A stretch of DNA of 64,000 nucleotides, taken from NCBI GenBank assembly GCA_048940445.1, contig JBHLON010000012.1, positions 1 to 64,000 of the forward strand, in the 5' to 3' direction. The notes under the pieces were generated by a model. The model was not told the origin of the DNA. It ran no database searches and saw only the letters and a program-made list of their open reading frames with translations. Each line of letters starts with the position of its first letter. Positions within the stretch are counted from its first letter, which is position 1. A program made the position numbers and the translations under genes. The stretch is from Promethearchaeota archaeon (GTDB lineage Archaea > Asgardarchaeota > Lokiarchaeia > Sigyniarchaeales > SOKP01). Below are positions 1 through 9,761 of this stretch, in pieces.

Positions 1-2
1 AC

Positions 3-1544
3 TCGATGAATCATTACTGGACGATGCTTTTGACCATCCTCACCAATATAAGTTATATTGAACCTTTTAGGGATATTAAAATCAACCTGTATGGTAGCCA
101 GTTGCCACATTCGACCAATTGCATCCTTCAAATCAACATCTATTTTTGGACCATAAAATGCACCTTCTCCCTTTTTTATTTTATACTTTATGTCACGTTT
201 TTCTAATGCTTCAATGAGGGAATTCGTAGCATGATTCCATATAAGATCATCACCTATGGCCTTAATTGGTTTAGTGCTTATATGATATACCCATTTTTTA
301 AATCCAAAAGTTTTATAAAAAAATTCTACCATGTCGATAACGTTAATAATTTCATCAACCAATTGTTCAGGTAGCATAAAAATATGTGCATCATCTTGAG
401 TAAATCCTCTAACACGAAATAATCCGTGAAGTGCACCAGACATCTCATATCGATAAACAGTTCCATATTCAGCAAGTCGTAGGGGCAATTCCTTATATGA
501 GTAGGTTTTTCGATTATAAATCATCATATGACCAGGACAATTCATAGGCTTTACATACCATTTTTCTCCTTTGATATCTACAGGATACATATTTTCTTTA
601 TAATATTGTATGTGTCCACTCGTTATCCATACATTTTCTCGATATATGTGAGGAGTTTTTACTATAGAATACCCAGCTTTTTTGTGTTGTTTCCTCCAGA
701 AATTTTCAAGTATATCCCAAAGTATCGTACCTTTTGGATAATAAATTGGCATTCCAGGACCAAATTCTTCAGCAGTACCGAATAAATCTAACTTTGAGCC
801 TAAAATTCTATGATCTCTTTTGATCGCTTCTTTTAGCATCCGAAGATGATCTTTTAAGTCTTTTTTATTAAAAAATGCAACCCCGTAAATTCTTTGTAAA
901 GATTCACGCTCAGCATCCCCCCTCCAATAGACTGAAGAAACACTTATTAGTTTCACCGCTTTTACTTTTCCCGTAGATGAAATGTGTGGCCCTTTGCAGA
1001 GATCAGTAAAACCATTTATTCCTAAATAATAAAAAGACACTAATTTTTCTTCCATTTCGTTTAATATCTCAACTTTAAACCTATTTTTTTCATGTTTTTC
1101 GTAATATTCAACTGCTTTAGATTTGCTTATTTCAGTACGTATGAATGGAATGTCTTTTCGAATCAACTCTTGGATTTTCTTTTCAATTTGTATTAAATCA
1201 TCTTCAGCAAAGGATTTCTCAATATAAAAGTCATAATAAAAACCTATTGGATCGATTACGGGCCCAATAGTAGGTTTTGCATTTGGAAATAACTCTATAA
1301 CAGAAGATGCCATTATATGCGCTGCGCTGTGATTTAAAACACGTAAAGCATCATCAGAATTAGAAGTTAGTATCTGAAGAAAACAATTTTCCTCTATTTT
1401 ATAGTTTAAATCAACTATTCTTTCATTAATTTTTCCAACAATTGCCGCATCAGCTAATCCTTGGTTAACTATTTTAGCAATTTCAAATACTTTTTTCCCT
1501 TTTTCAACCTTGATCCTTTTATTATTTGGCAAATCAATTAGCAC
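3..1544 (-). CDS. thrS: Threonyl-tRNA synthetase, bacterial/eukaryotic type with TGS and N2 editing domains; runs off the window start (3' truncated)
   Basis: Not in the ORF track; translated by hand from GTG at 1544 (GAAAGGTGA RBS upstream): MLIDLPNNKRIKVEKG...NHSAAHIMA...DLCKGPH...YWRGD..LQRIYG...KPMNCPGH...YRYEMSGALHGLFRVRGFTQDDAHIF...GAFYGPKID...TIQVDF...RPVMIHR. Confidence 0.96.
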   Translation of the reverse strand, partial: MLIDLPNNKRIKVEKGKKVFEIAKIVNQGLADAAIVGKINERIVDLNYKIEENCFLQILTSNSDDALRVLNHSAAHIMASSVIELFPNAKPTIGPVIDPIGFYYDFYIEKSFAEDDLIQIEKKIQELIRKDIPFIRTEISKSKAVEYYEKHEKNRFKVEILNEMEEKLVSFYYLGINGFTDLCKGPHISSTGKVKAVKLISVSSVYWRGDAERESLQRIYGVAFFNKKDLKDHLRMLKEAIKRDHRILGSKLDLFGTAEEFGPGMPIYYPKGTILWDILENFWRKQHKKAGYSIVKTPHIYRENVWITSGHIQYYKENMYPVDIKGEKWYVKPMNCPGHMMIYNRKTYSYKELPLRLAEYGTVYRYEMSGALHGLFRVRGFTQDDAHIFMLPEQLVDEIINVIDMVEFFYKTFGFKKWVYHISTKPIKAIGDDLIWNHATNSLIEALEKRDIKYKIKKGEGAFYGPKIDVDLKDAIGRMWQLATIQVDFNIPKRFNITYIGEDGQKHRPVMIHR

Positions 1545-1746
1545 AGAAGAATCACCTTTCTATAGAAGTAAAAAATAATTACAGAAACCAGAATACTAAA
1601 GTGAAATAAGGGTAAAAAACAAGACTTATCTCTTTGTTTCACATTCACCTAGCATTTCGATCATAACATATAATCATTATAGACTAAAAAATATTGCTAT
1701 ACTTGTGAGACTTTAGAATATAAAATTAGCACTTGAAAATAATATG

Positions 1747-2607
1747 TTATAATAAAATATTTAAAATAGTTTGTACTCCTCCCACTTCCTCGAGATATTG
1801 GGTTGGATTCTTACCGATAATAAATCTATTTTTATATTCTTCAAATGTTATTTTAAGATATTCTTGAATATGGAGTGGATCAAAAGTATAGATTGGATAA
1901 CAACTTGTTGGATGGGCTCCAAACGGAGATCTTACTACAGCTGTAGTAGTTTGCATCGGAAGTTGAGCTTTCCCTGGTAAATATCGGATATCTTCAGTTT
2001 CAACAAGCTTTTCACATATAATTATGGTTTTTTTAGCCGTCTTTGCCATATCATCATCCATCCATACAGCTCCTGCTATATTTCCGTTTCCATACACATC
2101 AGCATAGGGTACATGTAAAATTGCAACATCTAAGTCGATTTTAGGAACAGCCATAATTTGAGTCCCTGAACCCAGTGGGTCTTCAATTTGCTTTATATCT
2201 TTTCTTACTTTAGGAAAATCAGTACCAATGAGCCCTTTTAGCGGCATAAAAGGTACTTTTAAGTATGATGCTCTTAATCCTAAAGCAATGGTCGCTTCAC
2301 TTTCTTCAGAAATTTCAACAGAACCTGATTCTACTGCCTTCTTATAGTTAGGTGCCATGCCGAATATTTCGACTGAGGTGAAACATGATTTAACTTGAGA
2401 CACACAATTGGCTCCAATTAACATATCTACTTCAATTCCACCTACAAAGGTACATATTGTTAACTTCTTTTTATTTTGTTTGATGATTTCTCGACAGGCA
2501 CTAATTGGTTTTCTCCAAAAACTCAATCCTCCGAATCCAACAAGATCATCATCTTGAATGAACGTTGATATGGCATCACTTAATGACATTAATTTACTTC
2601 TTCTCAT
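1747..2607 (-). CDS. Family I CoA-transferase alpha subunit (glutaconate/3-oxoadipate CoA-transferase A-like)
   Basis: SKLMSLSDAI, GFGG, DMLIGA, LRASYLKVPFMP, DVAILHVPYADVYGN, PFGAHPTSC. Confidence 0.88.
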   Translation of the reverse strand: MRRSKLMSLSDAISTFIQDDDLVGFGGLSFWRKPISACREIIKQNKKKLTICTFVGGIEVDMLIGANCVSQVKSCFTSVEIFGMAPNYKKAVESGSVEISEESEATIALGLRASYLKVPFMPLKGLIGTDFPKVRKDIKQIEDPLGSGTQIMAVPKIDLDVAILHVPYADVYGNGNIAGAVWMDDDMAKTAKKTIIICEKLVETEDIRYLPGKAQLPMQTTTAVVRSPFGAHPTSCYPIYTFDPLHIQEYLKITFEEYKNRFIIGKNPTQYLEEVGGVQTILNILL

Positions 2608-2729
2608 GATAAATCTCTCGATACAAAAATAGCTATAATTAAGTAGTTTACAATTATAATTTTTTATCTAATTAAAATTGATATGATTGATTTTAATCTA
2701 AATTTGAATTGTGAAAGTATTAAGTGAAA

Positions 2730-3497
2730 TTAGTCCTTTTTCACTTTTTCTAATTGTTCTTTTAATTTTATAAAATATTCGGGAGTTGCCAATTGAAAAG
2801 GAATGGGATAACGTGTTCCAGATTTGTGAGTTTCTTCCATTCCATGAACTATCTCACTAATCAACCTATATGGGATGGAAGCAATTAAATCTGAATCTTT
2901 TGCCATTCCATAACGACGATCACCTAAGCATGGAAAGGCAATCTGCAAATCATCTGTTAATACAGCATTTGAAATTGTATCAGCACACACACCATCACAA
3001 AATGTTGTCATTGAAATTCTACCCCCTCTTTTCCATAAATATCCCTGGATAATACGCATAATTTGGGCTGAATTTCCCCAAATTAGTATTAAATCTGGCT
3101 TGAATTCTATTCGATGCAAAGCTCCAGCGACAATAGCATTATAATTACCAAACGGAATTTTAGGAATACTAGAAGTAGTTTTTATAGCAGCTTCTTTTGT
3201 TTCATTATATCTTCCAATAAAAAAAGCCCCTTCTTCAAAAAGCTTATGTGATTCTTCAAATCCAAGCGATATTCCAGCGAGAGGACATAAGTTATCATCT
3301 CTTGTACACCCCATCGTCCATCCATAATATCTTGCATAGCTAAAAATTTGACAAACAGCTACTTTTTCTTGAAGTTTCTTTAGAAAGTTAATTGTATCAA
3401 GTTCTTTTGAATCCTGGAGTAATTTTATTCCTATTGGAAATGTACTTAATCGTAAGTATTTATTTAATTTGGTATTTATTTGCTTTAAGTCTTCCAT
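2730..3497 (-). CDS. DUF169 family protein
   Basis: L.L.TFPIGIK, AVCQ..SYAR, CP...ISLG, PDLILIWGN..QIMR, FPCLGDRRYG..DSDL. Confidence 0.85.
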   Translation of the reverse strand: MEDLKQINTKLNKYLRLSTFPIGIKLLQDSKELDTINFLKKLQEKVAVCQIFSYARYYGWTMGCTRDDNLCPLAGISLGFEESHKLFEEGAFFIGRYNETKEAAIKTTSSIPKIPFGNYNAIVAGALHRIEFKPDLILIWGNSAQIMRIIQGYLWKRGGRISMTTFCDGVCADTISNAVLTDDLQIAFPCLGDRRYGMAKDSDLIASIPYRLISEIVHGMEETHKSGTRYPIPFQLATPEYFIKLKEQLEKVKKD

Positions 3498-3513
3498 AAA
3501 ATGTTCTCCATTA

Positions 3514-4635
3514 TCATGTTTTTAGGATATTATTCTTTCTTTGTTTTATTCTGTCAAATAGATCATCCATAGTTGGAAATGGAGTAAATTGTTTGCCTTT
3601 CTTTTTTAATTCAATTGCTTCTGAAGGACATTTTACAACGCAATTTCCACATCCAATACATCGTTTTTGAATTATTAAGGACAGGTCATTTTCCAAAATT
3701 ATTGCTTTCATTGGGCATATTTCTCTACAAGTCCCGCAACTTGTACAGAGCTCAGGATTTACTTCAGCATAATAATTTGAAATTGTTAGGTGTCCTGGAT
3801 TTGGAAACTTTACAATTCGAGATAGTGATTCACAGCAACAACTACAGCAACTACAAATAAAGGTTAATTGTTGAGAATTATCTGGTTGAAGGACTAATCC
3901 ATCTTCTTGATTTTGTATTAAAATCTGTAATGATTCTTCTCGAGTTATTTCACGTCCCCAACCCTGTTCTATATAAAGTTTGGCTCCAAAACCGAACCCA
4001 AGGCAAAGTTCTCTCCGTGAAGTAACTTTACATGGTTTTTCCATAATATCTTTCATTTGCTTACAAATACAATTAGTAACCATAAAAGGACCTTCAGTAG
4101 TTTCTATAAGTTTTATTAAGTCATCATAAAAGCTGACATTTTGTTCAATGTTGACACTTTTTTCAACTGGTATTGTTCTTAATTGAGCACCCTTTACCCT
4201 AAATGCTTCTTTTAGCCATCCTTCATCAAAATAATCATGAAAATCTTTAATGAACTCTTTAGGAAATTTATCCAATTTATTTACTTGGAATTCAAAGATT
4301 CCAACCATTAATAGAGCATTTCCGTAGAACTTAATACCATTTTCTTTTTTGAATATAATCAAACCTTTTTTAGCCATGTTATCAAGCTTCTGCTTTAAAT
4401 CTTCCTTTGAAATTTCTTTGCTATTTACGCGTTCGAATATTTTATCCAACGTTTCAAGATCACGGTTCCACCCAAATTTTAATAACATAGCAGTTTCAGC
4501 TTCTTCAGGATTAAATAGATGTTTTAAAAGTCGTATATCTGATCCTGATTTTGTTCGTGGAAACCCAATAGGCATTTTATCAAAATGTACTTGAAGTCTT
4601 CTATAGACGTCTATTTCATCTGTATTTGAACTCAT
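3514..4635 (-). CDS. Multi-Fe-S protein: N-terminal helical/wHTH-like region, Cys-rich core, C-terminal 2x[4Fe-4S] ferredoxin domain
   Basis: CICK, CLGFG, CSCCSCCC, CTSCGTCREICP, CIGCGNCVVKCP. Confidence 0.85.
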   Translation of the reverse strand: MSSNTDEIDVYRRLQVHFDKMPIGFPRTKSGSDIRLLKHLFNPEEAETAMLLKFGWNRDLETLDKIFERVNSKEISKEDLKQKLDNMAKKGLIIFKKENGIKFYGNALLMVGIFEFQVNKLDKFPKEFIKDFHDYFDEGWLKEAFRVKGAQLRTIPVEKSVNIEQNVSFYDDLIKLIETTEGPFMVTNCICKQMKDIMEKPCKVTSRRELCLGFGFGAKLYIEQGWGREITREESLQILIQNQEDGLVLQPDNSQQLTFICSCCSCCCESLSRIVKFPNPGHLTISNYYAEVNPELCTSCGTCREICPMKAIILENDLSLIIQKRCIGCGNCVVKCPSEAIELKKKGKQFTPFPTMDDLFDRIKQRKNNILKT

Positions 4636-4946
4636 ATTTAGGTTCTTAATTCTTTTTTATGTAATAAATAATTGAATGATGAAATATTTCCAAACTTAAA
4701 TTCATTTTTCATTCTTTTGAACCACTCAAGCTTTATTAAAAATTATAAAATGTCATTTCTAGAAATATTAGATATTGGATAGGTTTATGAAAAGATAAAG
4801 ATCAAGAGATAAAAAATATAATTTCAATGTTTAAATCTTTGATAAAGGTAATAAAATATCGTTATTGAACGAATAAAAAAAAAATTTAAAATTTTTTTGA
4901 ATTATACATATAATTTTTTGTTCTATCCTTTTTTCCTGGGAATTGA

Positions 4947-5633
4947 TTATCCTGTAGAATTAGATACCTTTGAAGGCGTTATAGTTGTCCTTCTTTTTCT
5001 TCTTCTGACGACTACAATTATTATCGTAACTACCACTATTACTGCTACTACACCAATTACAATTCCTATGATCATGAATATAAACATAGGATCCCAATCA
5101 AAATTTGCTGTCGTGCTATAAGAATCAATCACATCAAATTCTGAACTGGTTAAATGGTAATCAAATTCAATATTCATAGAAACAGGAAATAAATCCTTAT
5201 GTACGTAGAATTCAAAAATTTCGAATTCATAAATTACATCACCTGTTTGCATGAAACTACTGGTATCAGCATCAGATCCTGAATCCATAGTATTAAAACC
5301 CGAAGCAGAAATTGTTATATCATAACTTAAAGAGGCACTTAGTGACGTAACATAATATTCATTCAGTGTTATAACAAAAACATCTATCGTGAATCTTTTG
5401 TAAGTATCGTTGTATTTTTCGAACATACCGCCAAAATACACCGCATATTGAATTGATTGATTATTAAAAGTAAAAGAAAACGCCTCCATCTGATCATAAA
5501 TTCCTTGGCCTGCGTTTTTATAATCATCGCGGCTTTTATATGCCATACAAACCATCGCTCCATTTATTTGAACAAGAAAAATAAATAAAACAATCAGGAG
5601 AATTTTCGCTTTTTTTTTCATACTCCACATCAT
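4947..5633 (-). CDS. Hypothetical cell-surface protein (signal peptide, beta-rich domain, C-terminal TM anchor, basic tail)
   Basis: Hydrophobic N-terminus; IFMIIGIVIGVVAVIVVVTIIIVVV followed by RRRKRR. Confidence 0.7.
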   Translation of the reverse strand: MMWSMKKKAKILLIVLFIFLVQINGAMVCMAYKSRDDYKNAGQGIYDQMEAFSFTFNNQSIQYAVYFGGMFEKYNDTYKRFTIDVFVITLNEYYVTSLSASLSYDITISASGFNTMDSGSDADTSSFMQTGDVIYEFEIFEFYVHKDLFPVSMNIEFDYHLTSSEFDVIDSYSTTANFDWDPMFIFMIIGIVIGVVAVIVVVTIIIVVVRRRKRRTTITPSKVSNSTG

Positions 5634-5862
5634 ACTATCAAATAATTAAAAATTTCATAAAGTAAACATTTGTTACTAAATTTCAAAAATTTATAATTGA
5701 AACTTTGATTCTTAATGCTTAAATATTTTTACTAAAAAGTAAGAATGTATGGGGAGATTTTATTTTAAAAATCAATTTAATATCATTAGAAATTAGAATA
5801 TTTAAATTTCATTCAATTTTAACTCACTTTTATAAATTAAAGATTTAATTTGGTGATTAAAA

Positions 5863-6399
5863 ATAACACGAAAAAGACTGAAAATTGGTCTGGTACAAGT
5901 TTATTTTGGAAGAGGTAAGGGAAAGACTACGGCTGCATTAGGTCAAGGTTTTCGTGCCACCGGGCATGGTTTCAGAGTTTTCATGATTCAATTCATGAAA
6001 GGTTGGGATAAGTATGGAGAAGTGAAAGCAATCAAAAGTATAGCAAATTTCGAGCTCAAACAGTTTGGAACACCTGAACTAATCTCTGAACCTAGAGAAA
6101 TCGATTATAAGGAAGCTAAAAAGGCATTAAAATTTGCTGAGGAAATTATTATGAGTGATGAATATGATATTGTAATTTTAGATGAGATTGGTGTTGCTAT
6201 TGAATATAAATTGATTGAGGTTGAAGATGTATTAAGATTAATAAATCAAAAACCTGAAAAGGTTGAATTAATATTAACAGGAGGTCCTAACATGCATCCA
6301 TTGATTAAAGAAAGATCTGATCTATTAACTGAAATGAGGATGATTAAACATTATTACTCTTCAAAAGGTATCACTGCTAGGTTAGGGATTGAATATTAA
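5863..6399 (+). CDS. cobO: Cob(I)alamin adenosyltransferase, CobA/CobO/BtuR family; start extended to ATA 5863
   Basis: In-frame sequence upstream of ATG 5983 encodes GLVQVYFGRGKGKTTAALG (P-loop); then IQFMKG, YDIVILDEI, ELILTG, GIEY; GGTGA RBS before ATA. Confidence 0.9.
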   Translation: MTRKRLKIGLVQVYFGRGKGKTTAALGQGFRATGHGFRVFMIQFMKGWDKYGEVKAIKSIANFELKQFGTPELISEPREIDYKEAKKALKFAEEIIMSDEYDIVILDEIGVAIEYKLIEVEDVLRLINQKPEKVELILTGGPNMHPLIKERSDLLTEMRMIKHYYSSKGITARLGIEY

Positions 6400-7192
6400 T
6401 AAAAATATATTGAAAAAAATGAATATTGATAATCTATATAGGGAAATTACGAGTGATCTAGAAAAGGAAGCAGTAGGTAAGTTCGAATCAAAGGAAGAAT
6501 ATTTAAGTTGGAATCAAAAAGTATTTGATGAACATGGATATAGAGCTTACAACTTAAGTGTACCTGAAATAGATAATATTGTTACCAAATATTGCAACCA
6601 ATTCAAAATGCTTCCTTTTGATGAAAGATTAGAATTATCACATAAATTTTACAAATCAGGATATATCGGACAAACAAGTTTTGGACTACAACTTCTAAGA
6701 AGTAGTATACAACAATTAACCCCTAAAAATTTCGATTATCTTGATGAAATTATTAGCAATTTTACTGGTTGGGGTCCAACAGATTCGTTTTCACTCTATA
6801 TAATGCAACCTTTATTAATGAAATATCCTAATGAAGTAAAAAAATTATTAGAGAAATGGAATAAATCTCAACATAAATGGAAAAAGCGGGCAAGTGTCGT
6901 TGTCTTTACAAGGAAAGTAGGAGCTAGTGGTGAATATGCAGATTATCTCCTAAAGTTGTGTGATAATTTAATATGGGATAAGGAGGATTTAGTAAGAAAA
7001 GCAGTTGGTTGGGCACTTAAAGATAATATGGTTGGCATAAATAAAGAAAAAATTTTAAATTATATAAAAAAATTGAGAGAAATGGGTGTATCATCAACCA
7101 TTACCCTTTATGCAATTCGAAAATTAAAAGGAAAGGAAAGAGAAGAAATCTTAAAAGTAAAACCAAAAAGTAAATCAAAAAAAAAATTATAG
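6389..7192 (+). CDS. DNA alkylation repair protein (AlkD-like HEAT-repeat family)
   Basis: W..TD, W..S...WKKRA, DKEDLVRKAVGWALK. Confidence 0.8.
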   Translation: MNINKNILKKMNIDNLYREITSDLEKEAVGKFESKEEYLSWNQKVFDEHGYRAYNLSVPEIDNIVTKYCNQFKMLPFDERLELSHKFYKSGYIGQTSFGLQLLRSSIQQLTPKNFDYLDEIISNFTGWGPTDSFSLYIMQPLLMKYPNEVKKLLEKWNKSQHKWKKRASVVVFTRKVGASGEYADYLLKLCDNLIWDKEDLVRKAVGWALKDNMVGINKEKILNYIKKLREMGVSSTITLYAIRKLKGKEREEILKVKPKSKSKKKL

Positions 7193-7213
7193 AAATATAA
7201 CTTATCTAATAAT

Positions 7214-7579
7214 ATGAAAGAAAAAGTTGAAGATATATTAATTGCCTATTGTGGTATTGATTGTGGAAGTTGTGATATTTACCTTGCTCCCTCTAATCCT
7301 AAAATTGCTAAACAATTAGCAAGAGCATTTGAAGGAGCATGGGAAAATGTTAGACCAGGCGATTTTTCTTGTAAAACATGTAGAGGCCCGATTAATGATT
7401 GTTGGAGTACAGAGTGTTGGATTCGAGACTGTTGCTCCAAGACAAAAAATTTGAACTATTGTTACGAATGTACAGAGTTCCCTTGCGCCAATCTAGAGAA
7501 ATGGGCTTCAAAAAGTAAAGGTTACAGAAAAGCTTTTAATAGACTCCAGAAAATGAAAGAATCGACTTCTAAATCATAG
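7214..7579 (+). CDS. DUF3795 family Cys-rich protein
   Basis: AYCGIDCGSC, CKTCR, C.IRDCC, YCYECTEFPC. Confidence 0.85.
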   Translation: MKEKVEDILIAYCGIDCGSCDIYLAPSNPKIAKQLARAFEGAWENVRPGDFSCKTCRGPINDCWSTECWIRDCCSKTKNLNYCYECTEFPCANLEKWASKSKGYRKAFNRLQKMKESTSKS

Positions 7580-8003
7580 AAGTCTTATCAGATAAAAAAA
7601 CGATTAAATATTAAGATTCCACCCATATTAAGTAGAATTAAGGTAATACTTCGATTAACATTATGTCAGAAATACCACCAACTAAATTGTTTATGAGTCC
7701 GATTATGACTATAATAATTCCTACTAAAATCCATTGTATTCTTATTTGAGTTTTAGAAAAACGTACAAAAAATTCATGAGTTAATTATTAAAAATTGCGA
7801 AGAAAAAGGACTTTAATATAAAATAACGTTGAATCTATAAAAGGCCTCTACTGCTAATATTTTTATAAGCTTTATTGAAATTCCTAACTCTCATTTGGAT
7901 GATATATCAGTTTTAAGTATGAATAATAAAAAATAAAAAAATTCGACAATTCAATTTAATTAATTCTAAATTAATTCATAAACATTAAGAATGTGAGAAA
8001 TAA

Positions 8004-9263
8004 ATGGGAAAATTAGCTAGAAAAGTCGCTATGGTTGGAGCAGGGATGAGTAAGTTTGGGGCACATTTTCCTCTTAAAAGAAATCCAGATTTATGGATTG
8101 ATGCGTGGTTAGATGCATCAAGTAGAGTTGATAATGGTATAGAGCCCAAAGATATTGATGCGTGTTATGTGGGTAATTATTCTTCAGATTTATTTAATCA
8201 TCAAGGACATCTCGGACCACAAATGGCAGACTTGGTAGGATTAACTCCAAAACCGGCTGGTCGTTTCGAAGGTGCTTGTGCTAGTAGTGGCATTGCACTT
8301 CGCCAAGCAATTTTAGCGATTGCTTCGGGAGTTCATGATGTTATTGCAGTAAGTGGTGTCGAATGTATGACAGAACAACCTACTGTAAATGTAACTGATG
8401 TATTAGCAACAGCGTCAGATAGTTTATTCGAATATCCTGCAGGAGCTACATTTCCGGGATTATATGCAACTATTGCATCAGCACATTTCCATAAATATGG
8501 AACGACCGTAGAAGATTTAATGAGAGTTGGAATAAAGAACCATGAAAATGGAAAGGAAAATCCATATGCTCAAATGCAGAGCTCAATAGCTGATATGATG
8601 AAAAGCAAAATGCAAAAGATTGAGAAATCTGGTGGAGAAGTTCCGGATTGGAAGGATGAATTTGACTATCTCAAAAGTAGCTCAAATCCAATAATCGCAT
8701 ATCCTTTAAGGTTGTTTGATTGCAGTTTAATCACGGATGGAGCTGCATGTGTATTTTTAGCAGCTGAAAATGTTGCCAAAAATTTCACTGATACGCCAAT
8801 TTGGATTACTGGCACTGGTCAAGGCAGTGCAGCTTTATCTTTACATGATCGAAATGATTTAACTAGTTTTCTTGCCTCTAAAGAAGCCGCACGACAAGCT
8901 TATGAAATGTCAGGGCTAAAACCTAAAGATATTCAGATAGCTGAAGTTCATGATTGTTTTACTATTGCTGAAATTGTAGCATTAGAAGACTTGGGTTTTT
9001 ATGAAAAAGGTAAAGCTGTTGAAGCAATAAGAAACGGAGAAACTAAGCGAGATGGGGCTTTGCCAATAAATACCAGCGGAGGACTAAAAAGTAAAGGTCA
9101 TCCGGTGGGTGCTACTGGTGCAGCATTCTGTGTAGAGGTATTTAAGCAAATGAGAGGTATAGCTGAAAGAAATAGACAAGTTAAATTCGATGTAGAGAGA
9201 ATGATGGCACATAATTTGGGTGGTTCAGGAGCCACATGTGTAGTAACGATATTTGAAAAGTAG
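8004..9263 (+). CDS. Thiolase (archaeal/SCPx-type acetyl-CoA acyltransferase)
   Basis: EGACASSG, DCSLITDGAA, AEVHDCFT, NTSGGLKSKGHPVGATG, HNLGG. Confidence 0.93.
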   Translation: MGKLARKVAMVGAGMSKFGAHFPLKRNPDLWIDAWLDASSRVDNGIEPKDIDACYVGNYSSDLFNHQGHLGPQMADLVGLTPKPAGRFEGACASSGIALRQAILAIASGVHDVIAVSGVECMTEQPTVNVTDVLATASDSLFEYPAGATFPGLYATIASAHFHKYGTTVEDLMRVGIKNHENGKENPYAQMQSSIADMMKSKMQKIEKSGGEVPDWKDEFDYLKSSSNPIIAYPLRLFDCSLITDGAACVFLAAENVAKNFTDTPIWITGTGQGSAALSLHDRNDLTSFLASKEAARQAYEMSGLKPKDIQIAEVHDCFTIAEIVALEDLGFYEKGKAVEAIRNGETKRDGALPINTSGGLKSKGHPVGATGAAFCVEVFKQMRGIAERNRQVKFDVERMMAHNLGGSGATCVVTIFEK

Positions 9264-9265
9264 AG

Positions 9266-9697
9266 GTGAAAAAAATGTCTGAAAGTGAAAGAGATTTTAC
9301 AATAAAAAGTTATCTAGATTATTTATCTGAAAAGAAATTAATGGGTTCAAAATGTAAAGAATGTGGCACTACATATGTACCTGTAAGGAAATTATGCACT
9401 AAATGCAATAAAGCGAATATGGAATGGGTTGAAATGTCAGGAAATGGAGAAGTTGCGGCTTTTACAAGTATTACTGTAGGAACTCCATTTTTTGTGGAAA
9501 GGGGATATAATAGAAATAAACCTTATTGTTTTTCAGTAATAAAACTAGACGAAGGTCCCATGGTAAGCGGACAATTAATCGGTGTGGATGAAAGTAAACC
9601 CGAAACAATTAATATTGGAATGCCTGTCAAAGCGACTTTTATTGAGACAGAGCTCAAAGGTGAAACAAGAGTTGATTTAGGTTTTCAACCTAAATAA
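9266..9697 (+). CDS. DUF35 Zn-ribbon/OB-fold thiolase partner (true start probably ATG 9275)
   Basis: CKECG..YVP.RKLCTKC, WVEMSG.G, GMPVKATF; directly downstream of the thiolase. Confidence 0.9.
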   Translation: MKKMSESERDFTIKSYLDYLSEKKLMGSKCKECGTTYVPVRKLCTKCNKANMEWVEMSGNGEVAAFTSITVGTPFFVERGYNRNKPYCFSVIKLDEGPMVSGQLIGVDESKPETINIGMPVKATFIETELKGETRVDLGFQPK

Positions 9698-9761
9698 ATT
9701 AATTTTTTATTTTCTTAATTTACAATTATTATTATAATTTGTATATTTTTTTTAAGAGAAG

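Noticed and set aside
6-785. Short + strand ORFs 6-206 and 528-785
   Set aside because: Antisense shadows of thrS. The same applies to the many 60-190 aa ORFs lying opposite or inside long genes (e.g. 21331-21891, 42849-43214, 46038-46385, 51600-52010).
1545-1746. Possible structured leader or uORF upstream of thrS
   Set aside because: Only a short GTGAAA/TTTCAC pairing and a non-Thr-rich small ORF; no T-box or other recognisable motif.
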